Below are positions 1 through 9,200 of a DNA stretch of 32,000 bases, one piece after another. A program made the position numbers and the translations under genes. The stretch comes from Candidatus Heimdallarchaeota archaeon (lineage in GTDB: Archaea; Asgardarchaeota; Heimdallarchaeia; Heimdallarchaeales; Kariarchaeaceae), in NCBI GenBank assembly GCA_030149205.1, contig JASBSB010000006.1, positions 60,001-92,000 on the forward strand. The letters are read 5' to 3'. Numbering within the stretch: the stretch's first letter is position 1; every line of letters starts with the position of its first letter. The notes under the pieces are model-generated. The model made no database searches, was not told the origin of the DNA, and worked only from the letters and a program-made list of their open reading frames with translations.

Positions 1-1
1 T

Positions 2-379
2 TCAGCCAGTTTTGAGGTTAGTTATGACTCTATAACCACTGAATTTATCACAGAGATAAATTTGACCCTTGATGATGCTCCAGGCAACATTGAATTTGAT
101 TTTGGGTCAATTAAACAAGTTGGAGTTCCACCTCACCCCACCCAGATATTTGTTGACACTAAAAATGATAGAGGTCAACTAAAGATCCGATGTAAAAACC
201 CTTCACAGCCTGAGATAACCATAGATTATCCAAAGGGGATTAAATACAGTATACTATCAGCAATAACCTCATTATCATATGAGGAGGGAAATTGGAAAGA
301 GGTTTTTCAAGGATTTAGTTTACACTTTTTGCTTTGCACCAGTCCTGTGGAAAAAAGGTTTAAGGTTCATCTAGACTAG
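2..379 (+). CDS. Hypothetical protein, 3' part (frame open to the left edge of the window)
   Basis: Frame of ORF 62..379 has no stop back to position 2 (SASFEVSYDSITTEFITEINLTLDD...), so the gene probably starts outside the window; no recognisable motif. Confidence 0.55.
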   Translation, partial: SASFEVSYDSITTEFITEINLTLDDAPGNIEFDFGSIKQVGVPPHPTQIFVDTKNDRGQLKIRCKNPSQPEITIDYPKGIKYSILSAITSLSYEEGNWKEVFQGFSLHFLLCTSPVEKRFKVHLD

Positions 380-506
380 TTCTTTTGGAAATAAAAACTG
401 AGACAAATATAATTTATCTAATTAATAGTGTAAAATTAATTAAAGACAATTATCACAGCGTCTTCTATAAAGTTTAAATAATAGGCGAGACATTAATATA
501 CTTAGA

Positions 507-1577
507 TTGATAACTGATACCTTCTATATAGTGGGAATAATCTTTAGCTCTATTCCAAGTTTGGTTTCAGGAGCCTTGTTACTTTACAAATATAGAGCGG
601 TTCAGTCAAGAAATTTATTGGTTCTATCCATCGTTTGGTTTTGTTTAGGGTTCAACAACCTTTTTGTTAGTCTTGCGATATTTATTAACTCTCCTGAGCT
701 ATTCAAAGCAAGAACTGTTTTTTTAGTCATAATGGCTGTGTCCTTACAGGTTGGATACGACCTGATAACGAATGATAAAATAAATAACCTGAGATTTGTT
801 ATTCTCCTCTTTATAACTTCGGGACTTTACGTAGTGGTATTAAATACTAGCTTAGTTGAATATAATTCCGGAGTTCTCGTGTTTTTTGGAATAAGTAGGT
901 TGTTCCTAGTATTGATTGGATTTTATCTTAGTTTGCTAATCTTGTTGTTGTCCTTTCATTTCATAAGAAAATCAAAAAAGAATAATAGATTTCCCACAAT
1001 TATTTTCTTTATTGGAGCACTCTTTCTTGGACCGATAACCATTTTATCATATTGGATGGATTTACATCTTTTATATTTTCGTGAAGAGCTTTTTGCGTCT
1101 ATTGGAATTATTTTAATTACTACAGCAATATATTATTTCCCGGTTTTAATGTTTATGCTTCCTTATGAACTCCGTAAACTTTATGTAATCGATCAAGTGA
1201 GCTCTAAGGTGATATACAGCTTTAGTTGGGAAGATTCAGTTAACATTAAACAACATGAAAAATTTGTTGTTGATGTTTTGAGTGCTACCTCAGAGATGTA
1301 CAATAATTTATTCCACACTGGCTTGTTTTCCGAGATTAAATTCGAGAATGGGTCTGTAATGTTTAACACAAAACATTCTGAGACGTTGGCTTTTGTATTA
1401 TTGGTTAACCGATATTCTAAATACATTTCAAATGAATTGGATAAATTTGCGAAAGATTTCATTGATACATTTCATGGGTTTGAGAATATCCCTGAGGTCA
1501 CTTATGTTGATAAATTAGTCGATAAATATTTCAATTTAATTAATGATAGAGCGGAAGGCGGGACTTTCAAACACTAA
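507..1577 (+). CDS. 7-transmembrane protein with C-terminal longin-like domain (paralog 1)
   Basis: About 7 hydrophobic segments in aa 5-220. The soluble aa 221-345 shows the beta-beta-alpha-beta-beta-beta-alpha-alpha pattern of longin domains (KLYVID, VIYSFSW, amphipathic helix, SEIKF, GSVMFN, LAFVLLVN, ELDKFAKDF). TTG start with TTTAAATA at about 473-480. Aligns end to end with 3428..4480. Confidence 0.75.
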   Translation: MITDTFYIVGIIFSSIPSLVSGALLLYKYRAVQSRNLLVLSIVWFCLGFNNLFVSLAIFINSPELFKARTVFLVIMAVSLQVGYDLITNDKINNLRFVILLFITSGLYVVVLNTSLVEYNSGVLVFFGISRLFLVLIGFYLSLLILLLSFHFIRKSKKNNRFPTIIFFIGALFLGPITILSYWMDLHLLYFREELFASIGIILITTAIYYFPVLMFMLPYELRKLYVIDQVSSKVIYSFSWEDSVNIKQHEKFVVDVLSATSEMYNNLFHTGLFSEIKFENGSVMFNTKHSETLAFVLLVNRYSKYISNELDKFAKDFIDTFHGFENIPEVTYVDKLVDKYFNLINDRAEGGTFKH

Positions 1578-1643
1578 AGTGTTTATTGAACCCGCGACTT
1601 CTTGCTTACCAAGCAAGCGCTCTAGCCCCTGAGCTACTCCCGC
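1550..1643 (-). tRNA. tRNA-Thr(GGT), intron-containing (exon 1 1643-1585, exon 2 1563-1550)
   Basis: Minus strand folds as GCGGGAG TA GCTC AGGGGCTA GAGC G CTTGC TT-GGT-AA GCAAG AAGTC GCGGG TTCAAT[intron]T CCCGC CTTCCGC T. This gives a 73-nt mature cloverleaf with all four stems paired, U73 discriminator and no encoded CCA. Confidence 0.95.
1564..1584 (-). other. 21-nt tRNA intron at position 59/60 (T-loop) with canonical bulge-helix-bulge motif
   Basis: GCGGG/CCCGC outer helix, 3-nt bulge AGT, 4-bp helix TTCA/TGAA, 3-nt bulge ATA, inner helix AACAC/GTGTT closed by TTTA. Cleavage after the second nucleotide of each bulge restores the 7-nt T-loop TTCAATT. Confidence 0.9.
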
Positions 1644-1793
1644 AGAAGAGATTGGAGAGACTCCATCTCAGTTCTAAATTCAAAACTTGAGAATAAAAAA
1701 AATTCGATTTGTTACTTGATAAAAAATGATTTAATTCTCTTTTCTGACAGATTTACAATTATCTTAGTCAGATAATTTTTAATCCACGCAATT

Positions 1794-2231
1794 ATGGCAA
1801 CTTTAGAAGGTATGTCAAGAAAATCATTTGTTGTTACAGGGAAAGGTCATAAGAATATCACAGCTCTACACAAGTCTACTTTTGAGTTTACCAAAGAATC
1901 AAGTTTAACTAAGCGTGGGGATTGTATCATTGCTATAGAGTCCAATTGTTCAGCTAAACAATTCCCTGAAAGCTTTAGAGAATTTTTAAAATGTGGACTC
2001 ACCTATCAATATATAATAAAGGTGGATGAATTAAGCTTTTCAGGGATAGCTTCAGGATCTAAGGAGTTAAATGCTACAAATAAATATTCGTTTGTAATCA
2101 GAAAAAGTAAATTTGTATCTGATAGAACTGTAGGGGTTCATTCATCTCTAGCTGCTCTTGATCTTCCAAGGTCATTAGTTACTAAAATGAAAAATGAAAA
2201 CAAAAAAATATCCATCCAATTTCTCTATTAG
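1794..2231 (+). CDS. DUF371 family protein (conserved archaeal protein)
   Basis: GKGHKNITALHKSTFEFTKESSLTKRGDCIIAI matches the DUF371 N-terminal signature; later FVIRKSKFVSDRT. Confidence 0.85.
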   Translation: MATLEGMSRKSFVVTGKGHKNITALHKSTFEFTKESSLTKRGDCIIAIESNCSAKQFPESFREFLKCGLTYQYIIKVDELSFSGIASGSKELNATNKYSFVIRKSKFVSDRTVGVHSSLAALDLPRSLVTKMKNENKKISIQFLY

Positions 2232-2276
2232 ATTCTATTGTATGTTTTATTATACTTGTAGATTTTGAATGGAATT

Positions 2277-3302
2277 ATGGATTCAGTTAAGGTCAGAAAA
2301 AAGGATGGTGAAACTGTGATCCAATTGCTTAGATCACTTAATCTTCTCAACACTACCTACAAGATCAAACAAGCAGGTGACTTCCTAATATTACCATTGA
2401 TCAATTCATCAGAGATTTCAGCAGTTCTAGAGGATAAAGAATTACAGTACACTTTCATAGACACAGATTTTGAGCTTAGTGATACCAGAAATCGCTCACT
2501 AAAAGAAATTTTGTCACAGGTGATTCCACAGGACCTTTTACAATACGTCCCTCGTTCCTATGATATTGTAGGGTCAGTGATAATAATAGATCTTGACGAT
2601 AACATACTTGATCATAAATTCGATATAGGCTTAGCTCTCCAAACTATACATCCGGATATACAAACTGTTTATTTAAAAAGTGAGGGAGTCAAAGGTAAGT
2701 TTAGGCTAAGAACCTTAGAGCTTATTTCAGGGGTAGATGAACCACTTACAGTGGATCGAGAGTTCAGTTTAAACATTGTTGTGAATGTACAGACCTGCTA
2801 TTTCTCACCTCGGCTTTCTACTGAACATAGAAGAGTGGCTGAAGAGTGTACCACTAGTGAATCTATTTTGGACATGTTTTCTGGGGTAGGCCCCTTTAGT
2901 CTGCATCTTGCTTCTATGTACAAAAATAATGTGACTGCAATTGATCACAACCCAAAGGCAATCAAATGTCTCAAAATCAGCATAACTCGAAATAAATTGA
3001 GAGGACAAATTGACGCAATTTGTATGAATGCAGAGGAAATTTTGACACTTAATAGGTTGTTTGACACAATAATAATGAACCATCCATCAGATTCCAATCG
3101 ATATTTAAAGGTCGCAGACAGTGTGTTGAAATTGGGTGGAGTAATCTACTATTATACTTTTGTTCCAGTAGAAGATTATGAATTGAAGGCAAAGGAAGAA
3201 TTCTTGAGTAGCCTTTCAAATTATTCAATTCTTTATGTCCATAGGGTAAGACAGTATTCACCATCAGAACTCCATGTGGTCGTCAAAGCTAGAAAAAGAT
3301 AA
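2277..3302 (+). CDS. trm5: tRNA (guanine37-N1)-methyltransferase, Trm5/Met10 family
   Basis: VPRSYDIVGSVIII, GKFRLRTLELISG, CYFSPRLSTEHRR, SAM motif LDMFSGVGPFS, IIMNHP (NLP-like). ORF track starts at TTG 2265; ATG 2277 (MDSVKVRKKDGE) preferred. Confidence 0.88.
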   Translation: MDSVKVRKKDGETVIQLLRSLNLLNTTYKIKQAGDFLILPLINSSEISAVLEDKELQYTFIDTDFELSDTRNRSLKEILSQVIPQDLLQYVPRSYDIVGSVIIIDLDDNILDHKFDIGLALQTIHPDIQTVYLKSEGVKGKFRLRTLELISGVDEPLTVDREFSLNIVVNVQTCYFSPRLSTEHRRVAEECTTSESILDMFSGVGPFSLHLASMYKNNVTAIDHNPKAIKCLKISITRNKLRGQIDAICMNAEEILTLNRLFDTIIMNHPSDSNRYLKVADSVLKLGGVIYYYTFVPVEDYELKAKEEFLSSLSNYSILYVHRVRQYSPSELHVVVKARKR

Positions 3303-3427
3303 ACACAATCAGTTCCGCCCGTCAGTCTTCATCTACAAAAGTATCACTGACTAGATTTTCATCATTTCGTGTTATCTTAGTTTGCTTTAGAGTATATTAA
3401 ACAGTTTCTAAGGTTTATATAAGATAC

Positions 3428-4480
3428 TCATTTGATTGGGACGAAATCGAAGCACTCATCAATCAATTCATTCAAGCTTTGTGGGTCAAGATTTTTGCGA
3501 CTAATCCACCGCTGTGAAAAATTATTTGCAAATAAGTCTAATGCAGCCATTAAGATTTCAGAACTCTTGTTAGTGAAAAGCACAAAATAAATTTCATTTG
3601 AATGAACGTCATTAAATAGCAAAAGCCCTTTCTTCAGTCTAATTTCCCTTAAATTCCCACTTTTAAAGGCTTCTGAATACATCATAGATGTAGATTCGAT
3701 AGTAGATGCAGCCAAAAATCTATTGGTTTTGTTACCCTCATTAACCGTCCAAGCGTAAGAATAAAGATTCAATCCTTGATTTTTTGATATGACAAATAGC
3801 TCATAGACTTGGTATGGGATTGTAAAAAGCAATGAGGGGGCTTTGTAAAATGAAATTGCAACCAAAATCATCCCGATCCCACTGCTTAGTTCTGTTGTAG
3901 CAATAAATATATCATTTGCACCTAAGCCAAATAATATTACTGTTAAAGGTGCAAAAATTGTTGTCCCAATAAAATTAAGTAGAGCATAGAATTTTAGGCT
4001 TGGGGGAGATTTATAATATATATAAAGAGTATATGCCCAAATTAGTAAACTCACATAAAGGCCAAGTATAGATAGGATTGATCTTGCTGGATTAATAACA
4101 ACCAAGGTTTGATTGTTTCCTATAATGCCCTGAACCACTGAGGGAAGAAAAAATATCGTATATAACCCATAGGCAGATGCTACAGTGACTACTGAAAGAG
4201 TTATCAAGACAATTCTTCCAAACACAAGTTGATCGATCCCCAATTGAATGAAGACTGCGACAAGGGCAAGAAATACAAGACTCAGTTTAAAAAGTTCTAT
4301 TGAGCCAGAATTATAAGCGAATGATAGAAAAATTAACTCTAATGAGATCGAAAACCAAACTCCCATCAAAAAGAGCACAACGAGTGCACGATACTTCAAA
4401 TAGAGCCTCAAGAAAATTAACCCTGCAACAATGCTTGGGAATGAACTAACTAAGGTAATCAGAGCCTCATAATTGACCAA
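3428..4480 (-). CDS. 7-transmembrane protein with C-terminal longin-like domain (paralog 2)
   Basis: Same architecture and colinear motifs as 507..1577 (SSFPSIVAG/SSIPSLVSG; ELFK; PYQVYELFVI/PYELRKLYVI; HSNEIYFVLFTN/HSETLAFVLLVN; LDLFANNF/LDKFAKDF). TTG start. Confidence 0.75.
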   Translation of the reverse strand: MVNYEALITLVSSFPSIVAGLIFLRLYLKYRALVVLFLMGVWFSISLELIFLSFAYNSGSIELFKLSLVFLALVAVFIQLGIDQLVFGRIVLITLSVVTVASAYGLYTIFFLPSVVQGIIGNNQTLVVINPARSILSILGLYVSLLIWAYTLYIYYKSPPSLKFYALLNFIGTTIFAPLTVILFGLGANDIFIATTELSSGIGMILVAISFYKAPSLLFTIPYQVYELFVISKNQGLNLYSYAWTVNEGNKTNRFLAASTIESTSMMYSEAFKSGNLREIRLKKGLLLFNDVHSNEIYFVLFTNKSSEILMAALDLFANNFSQRWISRKNLDPQSLNELIDECFDFVPIK

Positions 4481-4562
4481 TTCTCTTCAGCCTAAGTATT
4501 TTATTCTCACTAATAAAATTTCTTTTGAACCTCGTATTATTAATCCTTGTACTATTAAAAAA

Positions 4563-5723
4563 CTAGGTTTTGTACATCCGTTCCTTCCAGACAACTTTTT
4601 TCCGAACGTTGATTTGATAGGTAGAATACCAAAAAATTAAAAAGAACATGAATAGGTAGAGGGGGAAGAGCAGAGAATGCCAACTATATTTTCCAGTTAT
4701 ATCCTTCTCAGTATTGAGATTTATTCCTACAGAAATAAGATAATTCAAGATTGCAATTCCCGCAGAGAAGTACCAAATGGAAACATTTTGGAATTCTAAT
4801 ATACTGATTACAAGTAAAATTGTTGATCCAATGAAGTAGGAATGTACTATTACAACTTTGAGAGTAGCAGAAATATTGGTTTTTTTTACACCAAGAGCTA
4901 AATTTTTACCAAACCCTTCTAACACATCTCTAAATGAGAAATACATTCTTGTAGAAACAAAATTGTTGTCACTTATCAATTTTATTTTGATTCCTTTTGA
5001 TTTAGCATAGCTAGCAAACTCCATATCTTCAATAATTGAGTTTGAAACAGTTTTGTGTGTTCCCAAATCCTCGTAGACTTTCCTTCTAAACATCAAATAT
5101 TGTCCATTTGCGATTTGTGTAGTAGAGTCACCCTCACTCCCGTTCACACCTATATATATTGTGAGGAAAATGGGGATGAGCGTATATTCCCAAAAACTAC
5201 GTATTACTTGGGTGGTCATTATAGAAAGAAATCCAGATGATTTATCCAAAGCCACAACAGTAGACTTGAGAGATTTAGGTGAATGTACTGTATCAGCGTC
5301 TGTAAATAATAAAACGGAATTTTTTGAGGCTAAATATCCATTGTAACATGCCCAAGGTTTACCTACCCAACCTTCTGGTTTTTTTGGTTCATTAATTACT
5401 TTTATTTCAGAAACACCCCCTACCAACTTTGGGGTATTATCTGTAGAATTCCCCTCAACTACTATAATTTCATAGTTAGGGTAATCCAGTTGTTTCAATG
5501 AATTTAAGCAATCTAATATTGTAGATTCTGAATTCCTCACTGGAACTATAATTGATACATTCGGATAATCATTCATTTTTATATTTTCTGTATCGATTTG
5601 ATCGAATGGTTTTACTCTAGCTAAAATAATAATTGAAACAAATCCTGTGAGAAGTGTTAGTAGATTCAATAGTACTAGAATATCCATGATTATTATGGAT
5701 CTGCGATGATTTAAACCTAACAT
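4563..5723 (-). CDS. Membrane-bound GT2 glycosyltransferase, CrtQ/CruC/HpnB-like
   Basis: VSIIVPVRN, PEGWVGKPWAC, LLFTDADT (DxD), ANGQYLMF, IIEDMEF, TRMY motifs, with N- and C-terminal TM helices. Start may be the ATG at aa 13. Confidence 0.8.
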   Translation of the reverse strand: MLGLNHRRSIIIMDILVLLNLLTLLTGFVSIIILARVKPFDQIDTENIKMNDYPNVSIIVPVRNSESTILDCLNSLKQLDYPNYEIIVVEGNSTDNTPKLVGGVSEIKVINEPKKPEGWVGKPWACYNGYLASKNSVLLFTDADTVHSPKSLKSTVVALDKSSGFLSIMTTQVIRSFWEYTLIPIFLTIYIGVNGSEGDSTTQIANGQYLMFRRKVYEDLGTHKTVSNSIIEDMEFASYAKSKGIKIKLISDNNFVSTRMYFSFRDVLEGFGKNLALGVKKTNISATLKVVIVHSYFIGSTILLVISILEFQNVSIWYFSAGIAILNYLISVGINLNTEKDITGKYSWHSLLFPLYLFMFFLIFWYSTYQINVRKKVVWKERMYKT

Positions 5724-5760
5724 AAGTATAAATTTACGAAATACTGCTACTCCCCAAACC

Positions 5761-5768
5761 TTATAAAC
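5761..5768. promoter_or_regulatory. Probable TATA box shared by divergent GT2 and VOC genes
   Basis: TTATAAAC about 22-28 nt upstream of ATG 5789; reads TTTATAA on the minus strand upstream of ATG 5723. Confidence 0.45.
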
Positions 5769-5788
5769 ATCCTTTTCATTAGACCTTT

Positions 5789-6196
5789 ATGGACAAATGG
5801 CATGCTAGTCCTTATTTTTTGGTTCCCGATATAGTATCAATTTCTGAGTGGTATCGTGATAAACTAGACTTTAAGTATGAAAAGTTATGGGGTGAACCAC
5901 CTTCCTTCGTGATGGTTGTAAGAAACAATGTTAGAATAATGCTAGCTGAAGTTAGTTTAGCAAAGAAATATCCAGATATGATACATCCAAACAGGAAATC
6001 TGACCATCACGCCTGGGATATTTATATTGATATTGGAGAGGGTTCACTAGAAGACCTTCAAAAAGAATTTGAAGGTAAAGGTGTAAGAATTACTTCTTCG
6101 ATAAGTTTAAAAGAATATTACGGTATGTGGGAATTTGAAATAGAAGACCCAAATGGATATGTACTTTGCTTTGCAAAAGATGCGACTAAAAAATAG
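5789..6196 (+). CDS. VOC family protein (glyoxalase/bleomycin resistance-like)
   Basis: PYFLVPDI..SEWYRDKLDF and YGMWEFEIEDPNGYVLCF motifs; 135 aa. Confidence 0.85.
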   Translation: MDKWHASPYFLVPDIVSISEWYRDKLDFKYEKLWGEPPSFVMVVRNNVRIMLAEVSLAKKYPDMIHPNRKSDHHAWDIYIDIGEGSLEDLQKEFEGKGVRITSSISLKEYYGMWEFEIEDPNGYVLCFAKDATKK

Positions 6197-6269
6197 AATG
6201 CAAATAGCTTGATGTAATACAAGAATTAATCTGAATTTATGGTATAATTTTTATTCTTTCAGCTAAGCT

Positions 6270-9200
6270 TTACAGATATTTTTTGTGGGGTTTAGCTCGC
6301 TTGATAATTTGAAAGACTGGTAGTAAAAACAAGGCAATCAAAATGCCCTCTGTACTAAATGGTATGAATCCACCCCCAGCTGGTTTACTTGAAGTAGATA
6401 TTAAAATTGTCACTTTTGCAGTCCCAAAATTTGTGGTGGTCTCTTTCACTGAATCATACACATTTATAGTAATAGAAACTTTTCCATTTACCACATCTGA
6501 CGAGCTTATATCAAGCTTTACTGAATTGATTCCGGACACTAGAGAGTGATCATTGAAAGTGAGGACATTTCCAACAAATAAATCATAATGATCAACCTTC
6601 ACATCATCTGTTGCGTTAAACTTAACTGTTAATGATAGTTTACCTGAACTATTCATTGTGAATGCTTGATTTGCTTTTGGTTCAAGTATGTTAACTACTG
6701 GTGGGGTTTTATCTAAAGAATACGATACCTTAGGACCCACACCAACCATTACAGCTTGTTGCTGCTTTACTACTGAATATGAGCTCAATAATTGAGTTTG
6801 ATCAACTCCGGGAGGAGTCAGCATATCTACCACATTTGGATCGTAGGGACCATCATCTCCTCCTCCAAGTTTCCAAGTTGATGCTGAGGTCATTCTTTCT
6901 CTAAAAGCAGAGAAATCTTGTGACCCAATTAAAACCACGTAAGCCCAATCTTGTGTTGGTGTTCCTACGATGTTAAGAGGGGCTTTAATTGTAATAGTCT
7001 TTTCTAAGGTATCTGCAATGGCAGAAACCCCAGCAAATGTCGTTTTGTTTTGATAGAGCCCGTATTGCTTAAACCCGTCAGCTCTTACCAAAGTTTCCCA
7101 GGCAAAATCAGGACTAATAAGTACATTTGGATTTTGGTCAGGTTTTGTATTTCCAGACCCGCTGATTCTATTTTTATCAATATAGATCTGAATCAAAGGA
7201 TGAGAAAATCCTGTAGGTGAATTCCAAGGATTTGTGATCTCAGAAAACTTTAATGACGCAACGAAATTATTTTTGTCATACCCGAGTTTGAAATCTAGAA
7301 TATCAAACAATCCATGTCCTGGAGCAAAATCTGGAGCTTTGGGATATGTCCCAAATTCATCTCCTGCTGGATCAGTGGTTGAGTATACAACATTAAAATT
7401 GACACCTGAAAAAGGAACTTGGAAAACAGCTGGCCCATCTTGAGGAGCTATATCTGTTTCAAAACCAGAATAAACTGCTCTGACTGAGAAAAATTCTCCA
7501 GGAGTATAATTGAAGAACTTTAGTGGAATTGACATTTCAAGAACAGAATTATAAGAAGCAAGTCCACCACTCACTACACTTTGTAGAACCCAATCACCGT
7601 TGACCACCTTCCAATAACGAAGGCTAGAATCATTAAACTGAAAGGTAACAGCATAGTTTAATTGAAATCCTAGGGTATTAGAGAAGTTAGTTTTATCTGC
7701 ACCTATAGGGAAAATTGCCCCTGACGAATCTTGAGGATTTTTGAAATAAAGACCCATAAAATCATTTGAAGAGCTACGAGCGCTTGATGACTCGAGGTCA
7801 AATTCATAAAGTAAGTTAGATGTGTTGCTATTTATCCCCGCACGCATATAGTTTATTGCCAGAAATTCAACGGAGGTATCATTTATGAAATATGCTCCAT
7901 CCCATTCTCCAGAAGCTTTAGTTCCATCGATAGAATACCCCGTCATTTTTGTTGGAAAACTGGAACTAATTGATGGTTTCTGTTCTAAAAATAGTAATGG
8001 GTTTATTGCTAATATTTGAGCATTCGTGTAGCCTATATTTACGTAAACATTTCTCAAGAATGATTTAAAGCCCCAATCAAAAACGTAGTCATGTCCAGAG
8101 TTTTGATCTGTTCCATACCACCAGAACCAATCTGAACCTTCAGCTTTGTAAATTGATTCCCATGCAGCGGTGGTGTTATAGGTTGGATTGGCTTTCTCAA
8201 AGTTGACTAAATCAGTCCTGGTTTGAATCAACCAATCCCAAGCGTTATTCTCCTCAGCTTCACCTATCCAAGTGTTCAGGTTTCCACTAATCCAAGAGCC
8301 TGATGCAAGTTTGTTGACCACAGGAAGATTTTTTGTACCAAATGTGTTGATAAATTGGGTTGGGGTTACAGTTTTTAACCATCCCTCTGTTTGGGCTTGT
8401 TCAAGTTTCGCGTAGAGATCATTTCTAAAGATGTTTCCTGTATACTCGTTTTTGCCATCTCCGTTAATATCATAACTGTAATGTTCCCATGCATTTTCTC
8501 CATCCAATGCAACAGTAATAATATAAGGTGTTGTCTTTGCAGGAGCCTTTTGTAATTCATTATAACGAGTTTTAAGCTCATTATAGAAATCTTGAGCTGC
8601 CTTTGCTGGATCCATTCCAGAGTAGGTGAATCCAATTTTATCTGAAAGTGCTGTATCTCGATAAAGGCTTGCAATCTCATATGATTTTGTACCATTTGTT
8701 GCTTTAACTTTGTACATCTGGTATTGTTGTTCTGGGGTTAATGAACTCAGTCCTAAACTATTTTGGAGGACGGTTTGGTCAGATACAAACCATTTAATAC
8801 CAGAAGCATTCATCAAAGGAACCACGTCGTTTGAAACTGCTTCCTCACTTGGCCACATACCAGTTGGTAATGTTCCAAACTTGGTTTTATAATATTGTAC
8901 TGCCTTGACAATTTGTGCGTTTGCATCTGAAACCCAGCCTGTATTTCCTTTGGGAAGGGGAAGGTTTCCATTTCCTGGTGAATCTCTTGCAGAAGTGAGA
9001 TTGATTAATAATGGTAGTATAGGATGGTAGAAGGGAGTTGTAATAATCTCGAGATTCCCCTGATTTTTTGCCAGATTATGTTTGGGTACAACAGATTTCA
9101 AAAGGTCTAATCCCTTCGTTAAAACATAGTCAAGATTACTATGAGAAAATCGACCGGTGCTATTACTAGTTTCAATATCATTGTTCAAAGTTGCGAGAGT

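Noticed and set aside
1585-1643. tRNA apparently truncated at the T-loop, suggesting an integration site, split tRNA or pseudogene
   Set aside because: The 3' end resumes after a 21-nt BHB intron and completes the cloverleaf; no integrase or duplicated tRNA 3' end was seen in the window.
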